From Sedimentisphaera cyanobacteriorum (GTDB taxonomy: Bacteria; Planctomycetota; Phycisphaerae; Sedimentisphaerales; Sedimentisphaeraceae), in assembly GCF_001997385.1 (NCBI RefSeq), contig NZ_CP019633.1:1590001-1622000 (forward strand): a DNA stretch of 32,000 nucleotides, given 5' to 3'. The position numbers and the translations under genes were made by a program. The notes beneath the pieces are model-generated. The model was given only the letters and a program-made list of their open reading frames with translations, was not told the origin of the DNA and searched no databases. The stretch's first letter is position 1. Each line of letters opens with the position of its first letter. Shown here piece after piece: positions 1-9,028 of the stretch.

Positions 1-170
1 AAGAGGTTAGAAAAGAGATGCTTGCGGCTAAGAGTATAAAGGAAATCAGCGCTTCGCTGAAACGAAACGGGATGCAGTTTTTCCAGGAAAGACTCACGCA
101 GAAAATATCAGATGGAAGCACAAGCATCAACGAAATGATACGAGTATTGAAGGTATTAAACGGTTAATCA
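1..170 (+). CDS. 3' end of a gene cut by the window edge; tail resembles the C-terminus of GspE/PilB-type secretion ATPases
   Basis: The frame is open from the window edge (phase of nt 3) to TAA 168-170. It translates to EVRKEMLAAKSIKEISASLKRNGMQFFQERLTQKISDGSTSINEMIRVLKVLNG*. The G-x-T-S-x-x-E-x-x-R-V ending is typical of that ATPase family. Only 55 codons are visible and no Walker motif is in view. Confidence 0.3.
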
Positions 171-189
171 TCCTTACTGAGGTTTTGAA

Positions 190-1299
190 ATGATAGTAAT
201 TGGTCTTTTCGCAGTAATAACACTGGCAATATTAGCCGAGGCGATTGTAAAGCCGAATTTTTATAAGTATGTAATAATGCTGTTCTCGATGGTGAGCGGG
301 CTTGTATTTGCGTTCTCGTTTTTCGAGCCGCTTTCTAAGATTGTATCAAAGATAAACTGGTTCCCGGCGGCAGCAGAAGGACTGTCATTCGTTCTTATTT
401 TCGGAATATCCTTCGCAATCCTGAAACTGCTTGGAGATTTCACAATTCGCCCGGAATTGAAACTCCCCGACATTGTAAACAGGTCTTTTTCGGCTTTGTT
501 CTCTTTGATATTCAGCTTTTTTGTTACGGGAATGATAATTGTTTTTCTCTCGATGATGCCCATGGAATCAAAGTACCCTTACCCCAGATACGCAAACAAG
601 CCGATAGTTACAAACAGCAACTATGAGATTGCACCGGACAATACTTTCCTGAATCTCGATTCAGCGGTTACCGGATTCTACAATATGCTCTCTGCAGGAA
701 GCCTTAGCGGAGATAAGAATTTCGGTATAGTTCACGACAACTTCATAGACACCAACTTCCTCGACAGAGCTCTTTATGAGGAAGGAGTTTCCCCAATAGC
801 CGGCGAGAAAGCTATCGATGTACCGAATACACCTCAGGCAGTTCGCAAGGCGCCCAAGCTTATGAAATACGACGAGGTCAATCAAGTAGTGAAGAAGATT
901 TCCGGCAAGCAGATGTTTCTGGTGAAGGTAGAGATATCTCAGGATAAAGTGAAAAACGGGGGAATAATAGAAAAAGGCGGCGGATACGAAATAGGCCCTG
1001 CCCAGCTTCGCCTTATCTGCAACAAAAACTACGCTGATATGTTCAAGGGCGACGGGCTTTCTGTTTTCCCTGTGGGCTATGTTACAGATAACAGCAAATT
1101 CAAAAAATTTGACCTAAAATCAAAATTTAATCTTCTTCCGCACAAACCCGATAAAAACAAAAATGCGGTATTAGACGTAGGGTTTTATGTTCCTGAAGGC
1201 TACGTACCTGTAGCATTGGAATTGAGACAGGACGATATTGCCAGGGTTCCAAATGTAAACGCAGAGCCTGAAGAAGAGCAATCAGAACAAAACGGATAA
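190..1299 (+). CDS. Integral membrane protein, CvpA-like N-terminal helices plus a soluble C-terminal domain; function unknown
   Basis: 369-aa ORF starting at ATG 190. There are four hydrophobic segments in the first ~125 aa (IVIGLFAVITLAILAEAIV, VIMLFSMVSGLVFAFSFF, GLSFVLIFGISFAILKLL, FSALFSLIFSFFVTGMIIVFLSMM), followed by ~240 hydrophilic residues and an acidic tail EPEEEQSEQNG. Only 21 nt separate it from the next gene. Confidence 0.6.
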   Translation: MIVIGLFAVITLAILAEAIVKPNFYKYVIMLFSMVSGLVFAFSFFEPLSKIVSKINWFPAAAEGLSFVLIFGISFAILKLLGDFTIRPELKLPDIVNRSFSALFSLIFSFFVTGMIIVFLSMMPMESKYPYPRYANKPIVTNSNYEIAPDNTFLNLDSAVTGFYNMLSAGSLSGDKNFGIVHDNFIDTNFLDRALYEEGVSPIAGEKAIDVPNTPQAVRKAPKLMKYDEVNQVVKKISGKQMFLVKVEISQDKVKNGGIIEKGGGYEIGPAQLRLICNKNYADMFKGDGLSVFPVGYVTDNSKFKKFDLKSKFNLLPHKPDKNKNAVLDVGFYVPEGYVPVALELRQDDIARVPNVNAEPEEEQSEQNG

Positions 1300-1320
1300 T
1301 TCTGGAAACTTTAATAACTA

Positions 1321-2367
1321 ATGGAAAACGAAAACAAAGCGAAACCTGAAAATGCTGCAGGACAGATTCCCGGTTATAAAATACTTGGCAAACTGGGTTC
1401 TGGAGCAATGGCAGTGGTTTACAAGGCCAAGCAGGTTAGCTTAGACAGAACAGTAGCAATAAAGGTTTTGCCGAATAAATTTGTCGGGAAGAGCAACTAT
1501 GTGGAGCGGTTCTACAAAGAAGGCCGGCTTGCAGGAAGGCTTAACCACAACAATATCGTTCAGGCATATGATGTTGGGGAGGCGAAAGGGTTATACTATT
1601 TCGTGATGGAGTATGTAGAAGGCAAGTCTATATACGACGATCTTTCGAAGGGAAAGATATTTGAAGAGAAAAAAGCCCTCGAGATAATGATCCAGCTGGC
1701 CAAGGCATTAGAGCACGCCCACGCACAGGGCCTGATACACCGAGATATCAAACCAAAAAATATAATGATTACCAAAGAAGGCGTTGTTAAGCTTGCAGAC
1801 CTCGGGCTTGCCCGGACAACGGACGACTCTGAAGCAGCAAGTGCGGAAAAAGGCAAGGCCTTCGGAACCCCTTTCTACATCGCCCCAGAGCAGATCAAGG
1901 GGGAAGTGGATATAGACGGCCGTGCAGATATATACGGCCTCGGGGCAACTCTTTATCATATGGTTACCGGCACAGTTCCGTTCAAGGCTCAAAAGCCGGC
2001 GGAAGTGATGCGCAAACATCTAAACGAACCGCTCACCCCGCCCGACCATATAAACACAAAGCTTTCAAGCGGGTTCTGCGAGATAATTGAAACTATGCTC
2101 GCAAAAAAACGAAGCGAAAGATACGCAAACCCGAGCGATTTGCTTAAAGACCTTGAATCTGTAAACAACGGTATGCCTCCCGTATTTGCAAGACAGACTA
2201 TAGATGTAAGCGAGCTGGAGGAGCTTGAAGAAGGCGAGGCGGTTGAAAGAGATGAAAGCAGTCAATACAGCTACGGGGTTATAGTTAAATACAGGATTAT
2301 TGTTGCGGTTCTCTCAGCAGTATGCCTTCTGCTTCTTATACTTCTCATTTTTACCGCTGCCGGCTGA
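1321..2367 (+). CDS. Ser/Thr protein kinase (Hanks type) with a single C-terminal transmembrane anchor
   Basis: Glycine loop GKLGSGAMAVVYKA, VAIK lysine, catalytic loop HRDIKPKN, DLG (DFG equivalent) and an APE motif (FYIAPEQ). The extreme C-terminus YRIIVAVLSAVCLLLLILLIFTAAG is one hydrophobic helix with nothing after it. Confidence 0.92.
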   Translation: MENENKAKPENAAGQIPGYKILGKLGSGAMAVVYKAKQVSLDRTVAIKVLPNKFVGKSNYVERFYKEGRLAGRLNHNNIVQAYDVGEAKGLYYFVMEYVEGKSIYDDLSKGKIFEEKKALEIMIQLAKALEHAHAQGLIHRDIKPKNIMITKEGVVKLADLGLARTTDDSEAASAEKGKAFGTPFYIAPEQIKGEVDIDGRADIYGLGATLYHMVTGTVPFKAQKPAEVMRKHLNEPLTPPDHINTKLSSGFCEIIETMLAKKRSERYANPSDLLKDLESVNNGMPPVFARQTIDVSELEELEEGEAVERDESSQYSYGVIVKYRIIVAVLSAVCLLLLILLIFTAAG

Positions 2368-2436
2368 CCTGAACCAGAATAATCCAGAATTATATACGCC
2401 TTAACAATAGGCCGCTTCACCGAAGGCAGAAAAAAA

Positions 2437-4314
2437 ATGATAAAACAGTTCAGAATTTACCTTTCGTTTTTATTGTTATTGATTTCTTCTGCTTTTTCCA
2501 ACGCAGAAATCCCCTGCGAACCGTTCGTTATTACAGTGAAAAACTCCGCAACAGGAGAGCCTGTACCCCTGACAGAGCTCAAAACCATAAACAAAATATC
2601 ATACCTGACTGACAGCAGAGGAAAGATTGCATTTCTCGAGCCCGGGCTTATGGATGCGGGAAAAGTTTTCTTTTATGTTGAAGCTCCTCACGGATACATC
2701 GATCTCGAGAAAGACGGCTTTGGGTACAGAGGCGTCAGCCTCAGCCCTTCCCCGGGCGAGAAAACTGAATTCACACTCGCACCAGACCCCAACACCGCTG
2801 ATTCGACCGAATACAGCAAACTGGAGCATTACAGACTGAAAAACAATTACGTTGCCAGCTCGGATGCATATTTGCCGTTCGAGATAACAGTTCGAGACAG
2901 CGAAACAGGAAGAGGCGTGCCGCTGGTTCAGCTGAAAACTGAGCAGGGATTAACATATCATACCGACAGCGCAGGAAGGATTGCATTCTTCGAACCCGGG
3001 CTTATGAGCGAGAAAATATTTTTCCATATAGACAGCTACGGATATAAAAGCGCTGCGGGAGGAGGTAAAACACTAATCCCCAAACCAAATGGAAACGCTG
3101 TTATCTACTTAGACAGAATAAACATAGCAGAGCGTCTCTACCGAATCACCGGCGGCGGGATTTACAGACACAGCGTTCTTCTCGGCAGAGATGTGCCGCT
3201 GGAAAAGCCCCTGCTTGCAGGGAAGGTGCTCGGGCAGGACACCGTAGCTATGACCGAATACAGGGGCAGGTATTTCTGGCTCTGGGGCGATACCGACCGT
3301 CCTTCTTATCCCCTCGGGAATTTTAAAACATCTTCAGCAGTATCTCTTCTGCAAGGCTCGGGCGGACTGAGCCCTGATGAGGGCATAAATCTCGATTACT
3401 TCACCAACAGCAGCGGCTTCAGCAAGCAGATGTTCCCCCACCCGAAGGGGCAGGTAGTATGGATGAACACCCTTGCAAGCGTTCAGGGAAAGACCGGCGA
3501 GAGACTTATTGCAAGCTATGGGGTGATAAAGGGAAAGGCAAAGGGAGAGAAAGGGATTGCGGTTTTCAATGATTCAAAGCAGGAGTTTGAAACGCTTACG
3601 GTTTTCCAAGATGAGCACAATATAGTTCTCTCAGGTCAGGCCGGCAAAAGAAACGGATACGTTTATGTTAACTGCCCCTACCCCGCTGCGAGAATCAAGG
3701 CTGAGTTAGAAGCTTTCGCAAACCCTCAGGATTACGAGGCTTATACCTGCCTCATGCCCGGAACTGCATTTGAAGGAGAAAAATCGCAAGTTGAAAGGGA
3801 TGAAAACGGCAATATTGTATGGGGCTGGAAGAAAAACGCCTCTCCATTGAACGACAATCAATGGCAGAAGCTGGTGGAGACAGGAAAGGCATCCCCAAAA
3901 GAAGCTTGGAACAGGCTGACTGACGCAAAAACAGGGAAAAAGGTTCAGTTAGCGTTCGGGTCTGCCGGATACAACGCCGATAAGGACTGCTGGATTATGA
4001 CAGGCAATCAGAAATGGGGAGATTCGTTTCTTGGCGAGATATGGATTGCTGCCTCAGAAAATCCGGAAGGGCCTTGGAGAAAGGCGAAGAAAATTGCAAC
4101 TCACGACGCTTCAGGCAATCTTGAAGACTACACATTCTACAACGTATCTTACCACCCTGAATTCAACAGCAGGGGAAATATCTACTTTGAGGGGACATAC
4201 GTTACAACTTACACCAGCAACAAGAACCCAACACCCAGATACGACTACAATCAGATAATGTACAGGCTGGATTTATCAGACCCTCGCCTCGAGGATATCT
4301 GGCCTCAGGAATAA
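2437..4314 (+). CDS. Secreted protein of unknown function with two tandem N-terminal modules and a large C-terminal domain
   Basis: 625-aa ORF with a signal-peptide-like start, MIKQFRIYLSFLLLLISSAFSNA. It carries a duplicated ~57-aa module (listed as separate repeat features). The C-terminal ~400 aa has no motif I can name with confidence. Confidence 0.75.
   Translation: MIKQFRIYLSFLLLLISSAFSNAEIPCEPFVITVKNSATGEPVPLTELKTINKISYLTDSRGKIAFLEPGLMDAGKVFFYVEAPHGYIDLEKDGFGYRGVSLSPSPGEKTEFTLAPDPNTADSTEYSKLEHYRLKNNYVASSDAYLPFEITVRDSETGRGVPLVQLKTEQGLTYHTDSAGRIAFFEPGLMSEKIFFHIDSYGYKSAAGGGKTLIPKPNGNAVIYLDRINIAERLYRITGGGIYRHSVLLGRDVPLEKPLLAGKVLGQDTVAMTEYRGRYFWLWGDTDRPSYPLGNFKTSSAVSLLQGSGGLSPDEGINLDYFTNSSGFSKQMFPHPKGQVVWMNTLASVQGKTGERLIASYGVIKGKAKGEKGIAVFNDSKQEFETLTVFQDEHNIVLSGQAGKRNGYVYVNCPYPAARIKAELEAFANPQDYEAYTCLMPGTAFEGEKSQVERDENGNIVWGWKKNASPLNDNQWQKLVETGKASPKEAWNRLTDAKTGKKVQLAFGSAGYNADKDCWIMTGNQKWGDSFLGEIWIAASENPEGPWRKAKKIATHDASGNLEDYTFYNVSYHPEFNSRGNIYFEGTYVTTYTSNKNPTPRYDYNQIMYRLDLSDPRLEDIWPQE
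2521..2697 (+). repeat. Intragenic protein-level repeat, copy 1
   Basis: aa 29-87: PFVITVKNSATGEPVPLTELKTINKISYLTDSRGKIAFLEPGLMDAGKVFFYVEAPHGY. It aligns without gaps over most of its length to copy 2. Confidence 0.8.
2875..3045 (+). repeat. Intragenic protein-level repeat, copy 2
   Basis: aa 147-203: PFEITVRDSETGRGVPLVQLKTEQGLTYHTDSAGRIAFFEPGLMSEKIFFHIDSYGY. Shared pattern: PF-x-ITV-x-(N/D)S-x-TG-x-x-VPL-x-x-LKT, then TDS-x-G-(K/R)-IAF-x-EPGLM. Confidence 0.8.
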
Positions 4315-4357
4315 GCTTGTCCAGATAGCTTACAGCCCCGCTTTAAACTCGGCAGGT

Positions 4358-4385
4358 TTGCAGAGATTTCCTCCTTCACTATAAT
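4358..4385 (+). promoter_or_regulatory. Putative sigma70-type promoter for the trkA-like gene
   Basis: TTGCAG (4358-4363), a 16-nt spacer, then TATAAT (4380-4385). This lies ~28 nt upstream of ATG 4413, and AAGGGA precedes the start. Confidence 0.35.
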
Positions 4386-4412
4386 AAGCCTTTTATTTTT
4401 GAAGGGAAAGAA

Positions 4413-5093
4413 ATGAAAAAATTCGCTGTTATAGGGCTCGGCAGATTTGGCAAAAAACTGGCCGTTGCGCTTTCAATGAGCGAGGCGGAAGTTATAGCGA
4501 TAGACATAAAACGAGATGAAATAGACTCGATCAGGGATCAGGTAAGCCATGCGGTACGTCTGGACAGCACCGATGAGCAGGCACTGATTTCTCAGGGCGT
4601 TGACAAGGCCGATGTAGCTGTAGTGGGGATAGGCCAGAGAAGAGGCGGCTTTGAGGCGGCTATTCTTACAGTAGTAAACCTGAAGAATATGGGCGTAAAG
4701 AATATCTATGCAAGAGCCATCAATCTGGTATCAGGTCAGGTATTCAAGGCTGTAGGGGCAACGGAAGTAGTTTATCCTGAGATAGAGGCAGCGCAGCGGT
4801 GGGCGTATAAGCTTATCGCCCCGCAGGTTACAGACAAGATTGATTTTGCCCCGGGCTACAGTCTCGCAAGGATAAGCGCAGGCGACAGCTTTCACAGCAA
4901 AACGCTGGTTGACCTTCAGCTCAGAAAGAAATTCAACGTGAACCTAATCGCTATTAAGAGAGGTAAATTTGCGGCAGATGAGAAAGAAGGCAAGATTATT
5001 AACGTACCTATGCCCAAGACAATAATATATAAAGAGGATATTTTGATGGTGTCAGGCTCTGATATTAATCTCGCAAAACTGCCGCAGGATTGA
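4413..5093 (+). CDS. trkA: TrkA/KtrA-type potassium transporter regulatory subunit (RCK N- and C-domains)
   Basis: N-terminal Rossmann motif MKKFAVIGLGRFGKKLA, ~226 aa long, and a C-terminal TrkA-C-like segment (LARISAGDSFHSKTLVDLQLRKKFNVNLIAIKRG). No TrkH/KtrB membrane partner is present in the window. Confidence 0.85.
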   Translation: MKKFAVIGLGRFGKKLAVALSMSEAEVIAIDIKRDEIDSIRDQVSHAVRLDSTDEQALISQGVDKADVAVVGIGQRRGGFEAAILTVVNLKNMGVKNIYARAINLVSGQVFKAVGATEVVYPEIEAAQRWAYKLIAPQVTDKIDFAPGYSLARISAGDSFHSKTLVDLQLRKKFNVNLIAIKRGKFAADEKEGKIINVPMPKTIIYKEDILMVSGSDINLAKLPQD

Positions 5094-5099
5094 GCTTTT

Positions 5100-5999
5100 A
5101 TGAATAATCCACCAAAAATAAGCCCGCTTTATATTACAGACCTCGACGGAACACTGCTGGATGAAAACGCAGCTGTTTCAGATTTCACTAAACACAAACT
5201 CAATGAACTGATATCAGAAGGCTGCAGGATTACCTTAGCAAGCGCAAGAAGCATTGCTTCGATAAGAAAGATTATGCGAGAAGTTGAACTCAACCTTCCT
5301 GTAATTGAAGTGAACGGGGCGTTTATAACCGACATTAACACCGGCGAGCATCTGCTGAGCGAACCAATGGAAGAAGGCGTCTGCAGAGAAATACACAAAA
5401 TCATAGACTTTTATCAGGCAATGCCGTTCATTTTCTGCTGCGCAGAAGGTAAAGACAGAGTTTTCTACGAAGGACTTGCAAATGAAGGTATGCGCTGGTT
5501 TTTAAACGACAAATCAGAAGACCACAGAGGCAGGTCTGAGCAGGTCTTAATTGACGACTCTGTTTTTCAAAATGAAACGGCCGGTTTTATTGTGATAGGC
5601 TCTCAAACTCAAATCGAAAATATAAGGGGTGATATCGAGAGCAGATTCAGCCAAAAAATAGACTGCTACTGCTTTGCAAACCCGTACTGTCCCGAATGGC
5701 ACTGGCTCACTATACACAGCTCACGGGCGAGGAAATCAGAAGGTGTTTTAAGCCTGGCCGAAGAGCTCTGCACAGATTTGAGCGATATAGTGGTTTTCGG
5801 GGACAACACAAACGACCTGCCGATGCTGAGACTCAATTCGCAGGGGCTTCAGAGCGTATGCGTTGCAAATGCAGCTGAATCAATAAAAAGAGAAGCAAGT
5901 CTAATCTGCAAAAGCAACACTGAAGACGGCGTTGTTAAATTTATAGAAAAAGATTTCAGAGAAAAAAACAGAGCTGGCTGTTCAGCAGAATCTGTATGA
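5100..5999 (+). CDS. HAD-superfamily hydrolase, Cof-type (HAD-IIB) phosphatase
   Basis: Motif I is LYITDLDGTLLD. A large cap insertion is present. Motif IV is VVFGDNTNDLPML. Confidence 0.85.
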   Translation: MNNPPKISPLYITDLDGTLLDENAAVSDFTKHKLNELISEGCRITLASARSIASIRKIMREVELNLPVIEVNGAFITDINTGEHLLSEPMEEGVCREIHKIIDFYQAMPFIFCCAEGKDRVFYEGLANEGMRWFLNDKSEDHRGRSEQVLIDDSVFQNETAGFIVIGSQTQIENIRGDIESRFSQKIDCYCFANPYCPEWHWLTIHSSRARKSEGVLSLAEELCTDLSDIVVFGDNTNDLPMLRLNSQGLQSVCVANAAESIKREASLICKSNTEDGVVKFIEKDFREKNRAGCSAESV

Positions 6000-6033
6000 T
6001 TATAGAAAAAACTTTATGCGTTAGGAGGGCAAA

Positions 6034-8787
6034 ATGCCCGAAAAATTTTATCTTATAGACGGCCACGCCTTAATATATTCGAGCTATTTTGCTCCGATGC
6101 GGACAAACCTTTCAAGCCCTTCAGGCGAGCCCACAAAGGCCTCATACATATTCACAACCACACTGCTCGGGCTGATAAACCGCAAAAATCCGGACATGCT
6201 TGCTGTGGCGATGGACAGCAGGGAAAAATCGTTCCGATCTGATATTTTTCCCGAGTATAAGGCGCAGAGGCCTCCAATGCCTGAAGATATGCCTCAGCAG
6301 ATCGAGAGGATTGAGCAGATCCTCGAGGCTATGAAGATTCCTGTTTTGAGAGTGAAAAAATATGAAGCCGATGATATTATTGGAACACTTTCCGAAAAGG
6401 CCTCAAAAGAGGGGTTACAAACCTATATATGCTCCGGCGACAAGGATATGCTGCAGCTTATCGAAAAGAACGTGTTCGTTTACGACATAAAAAAAGATTC
6501 CGTGAAAGATTTGAACTGGCTGGAGACAGAAAAACAGCTCACCCCGGAGCAGTTTCTTGATGCACTTGCTCTTATGGGAGATACTGCAGACAATATCCCG
6601 GGTGTCCCGGATGTTGGGCCGAAAACTGCTGAGCAGTGGATCAGGAAATACGGCTCTCTCGAAAAGCTCTATGAAAATGCCGGCGAGATCAAAGGCAAGA
6701 GAGGCAATTCACTCAGAGACAGCAAAGAAGAGGCCAAGCTCAGCAGAGAGCTTGTGGAGATAAAACGGGACTGTCCTGTTGAGCTGAGAAAGCAGGCATT
6801 CCGGCTTTCGGATTTTGACTACGACAGGCTTGCAGAAATCTTCTACGAACTGGGCTTTCAGAGATTGTATAAGACAGTGGGACTTGAGGGTAAACTCGAA
6901 GAGATCAAAACAGAAACAAAAACAGAAGGCAAGGGAAAGAAAAAGCAGACCGCCCTGTTTGACAATGAATCAGAATATGAAAGTATGAAAGACGGCAGGC
7001 AAAACTACAGGCTTGTGGGGAGCGAAGAAGAGCTTGAAGAGCTTTGCGGGAAGCTTGAGAAACAAACGATTTTCGCAATCGACACCGAAACATCCAGCAT
7101 TGAGCCTATGAAGGCCGAACTGGTTGGTGTAAGCATTTCATGGAAGCAGAACGAAGCCTATTATATACCCGTAAAGGCTGGCGGAAACGCAAAGACCATC
7201 AGCACCGATAAGCTCAAAGAAAAGCTCGGGGGCATCCTCAGAAATCCAAATATAAAGAAGGCCGGGCAAAACGTAAAGTACGATATCGAGGTGCTCTGGA
7301 ATTCAGGGCTGAGCCTTGAAGGCGTGAGCTTTGATACGATGATTGCTTCGTATCTGCTAAATGCCGAGAGAAGCAGCAACTCAATGGATGCTATGGCCAA
7401 GGACTATCTCAACTATGAATGCCAGCCGATAAGCGATTTGATAGGCAAGGGCAAATCGCAGATAACATTCGATAAGGTTCCCGCCGAGGATGCGGCAGAT
7501 TATGCCTGCGAGGATGCAGATATCACATTCAGGCTGTATGAGTATCTCAATCAGAGACTGAACCAGCAGCCAAAGCTTATGAAGCTTTTTGAAGAGCTCG
7601 AGATGCCTCTAATGAAGGTGCTTTGCAGGATGGAGATTGAAGGCGTGAGCATAGACTGTTCGGTGCTTGAGAAGATGAGCAGGGAAATCTCTTCTCAGAT
7701 AGAAACGTTAAGAGATTCAATCTTTGCGCAAACCGGCTCGGTTTTCAATATAGAATCTCCCAAGCAGCTTTCTGAGGTGCTGTTTGACAAGCTCAAGCTC
7801 CCTCAGATAAAGAAACGGAGCACCGATGCATCTGTTCTGGAAAAGCTCGCAGATTTCCATCCGGTGATCGAGGATGTGCAGCAGTTCCGCCAGCTCGTAA
7901 AGCTCAAAGGCACATACATTGACAAGCTCGGGGCTATGGTTAACCCGAAAACAAACCGCCTGCATTGCAGCTTCAACCAGACAATAACCGCCACAGGAAG
8001 GCTGAGTTCATCCAATCCGAACTTGCAGAATATCCCGATACGTACAGATATAGGACGGAAGATTCGCGCTGCGTTTGTGCCGGGGGAGAAAGACGGCGTA
8101 ATATTGAGCGCCGACTACTCACAGGTGGAGCTCAGGCTCCTCGCCCATTTCTCTCAGGACAGCCAGCTTCTGGAAGCATTCAACAGCGATATGGATATAC
8201 ACAGCTTCGTGGCAAGTGAACTTCTCGGGGCAGATACTGAGAACCCAGAGCCCGAGCTGAGAGCCAAGGCAAAGGCTGTGAATTTCGGCATTATTTACGG
8301 CCAAGGGCCTTATGCCCTTTCGCAGTCTCTGGGGATAACACAAAGCGAGGCGAAGGAATTTATCGACAGCTACTTTCATCGGTACAGCTCGATAAAGGAT
8401 TTTATGCAGAGCGTAATCGACGGGGCAAAAACCAACGGTTATGTAAGCACAATACTCGGAAGACGCAGAGCTGTGCCCGGGATAAACTCCTCAGCAAAAC
8501 GCGAGAAATCTTCTGCCGAGCGGATGGCCTTCAATACCACAATACAAGGCTCGGCTGCGGATTTGATTAAGGCTGCTATGATTGAGGTGCAGAATCAAAT
8601 TGACGCAGAAAAACTCAAAGCTAAGATGATTATCCAGATTCACGATGAGCTGGTTTTCGAATGCAGCAGAGACGATGCTGAGCAAAACGCAAAGCTCATC
8701 AGCGAGATAATGGAAAACGCAATAGAGCTCAGGGTTAGACTGAAGGTGGACACCGGCTGGGGCGAAAACTGGATGACCGGGCATTGA
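6034..8787 (+). CDS. polA: DNA polymerase I (5'-3' exonuclease, 3'-5' exonuclease-like and polymerase domains)
   Basis: 917 aa. N-terminal 5' nuclease signature (LIDGHALIYSSYF, GDKDMLQL, GDTADNIPGVPDVGPKTA). Exo I-like FAIDTETSS. Polymerase motif A DYSQVELRLLAH, motif B RAKAKAVNFGIIYG and motif C IQIHDELVFE. Confidence 0.97.
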   Translation: MPEKFYLIDGHALIYSSYFAPMRTNLSSPSGEPTKASYIFTTTLLGLINRKNPDMLAVAMDSREKSFRSDIFPEYKAQRPPMPEDMPQQIERIEQILEAMKIPVLRVKKYEADDIIGTLSEKASKEGLQTYICSGDKDMLQLIEKNVFVYDIKKDSVKDLNWLETEKQLTPEQFLDALALMGDTADNIPGVPDVGPKTAEQWIRKYGSLEKLYENAGEIKGKRGNSLRDSKEEAKLSRELVEIKRDCPVELRKQAFRLSDFDYDRLAEIFYELGFQRLYKTVGLEGKLEEIKTETKTEGKGKKKQTALFDNESEYESMKDGRQNYRLVGSEEELEELCGKLEKQTIFAIDTETSSIEPMKAELVGVSISWKQNEAYYIPVKAGGNAKTISTDKLKEKLGGILRNPNIKKAGQNVKYDIEVLWNSGLSLEGVSFDTMIASYLLNAERSSNSMDAMAKDYLNYECQPISDLIGKGKSQITFDKVPAEDAADYACEDADITFRLYEYLNQRLNQQPKLMKLFEELEMPLMKVLCRMEIEGVSIDCSVLEKMSREISSQIETLRDSIFAQTGSVFNIESPKQLSEVLFDKLKLPQIKKRSTDASVLEKLADFHPVIEDVQQFRQLVKLKGTYIDKLGAMVNPKTNRLHCSFNQTITATGRLSSSNPNLQNIPIRTDIGRKIRAAFVPGEKDGVILSADYSQVELRLLAHFSQDSQLLEAFNSDMDIHSFVASELLGADTENPEPELRAKAKAVNFGIIYGQGPYALSQSLGITQSEAKEFIDSYFHRYSSIKDFMQSVIDGAKTNGYVSTILGRRRAVPGINSSAKREKSSAERMAFNTTIQGSAADLIKAAMIEVQNQIDAEKLKAKMIIQIHDELVFECSRDDAEQNAKLISEIMENAIELRVRLKVDTGWGENWMTGH

Positions 8788-8800
8788 TAAAAAAGTCTTA

Positions 8801-8830
8801 TTGATTGAAAAACTAAAAACTTCGTATAAT
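8801..8830 (+). promoter_or_regulatory. Putative promoter of the AT-rich islet
   Basis: TTGATT (8801-8806), an 18-nt spacer, then TATAAT (8825-8830). This is followed by an AAGGG Shine-Dalgarno (8865-8869) 6 nt before ATG 8876. Confidence 0.35.
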
Positions 8831-8875
8831 ATATAATTGTTTAATAAAATAATTTATTACAACTAAGGGCTAACA

Positions 8876-9028
8876 ATGAAAATATCTGTCTAAAATCTAG
8901 GGCCGATAGAAAAAGCGGAATTTGAGCTGGGGGATTTTACCATAATTTGCGGTAAGAATAATACCGGCAAAACATACGCAACTTACGCCCTTTATGGTTT
9001 TATAGATTTCTTTAACAACCATTACCAT
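8876..9028 (+). other. Disrupted 5' portion of the ATPase gene: ATG plus SD, in-frame TAA at codon 6, then the Walker A segment
   Basis: The sequence reads ATG AAA ATA TCT GTC TAA (stop at 8891-8893). The same frame then stays open into the 9029 ORF, encoding NLGPIEKAEFELGDFTIICGKNNTGKTYATYALYGFIDFFNNHYH. Walker A GKNNTGKT maps to 8951-8974. No ATG, GTG or TTG occurs in frame between 8894 and 9028. Confidence 0.8.
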
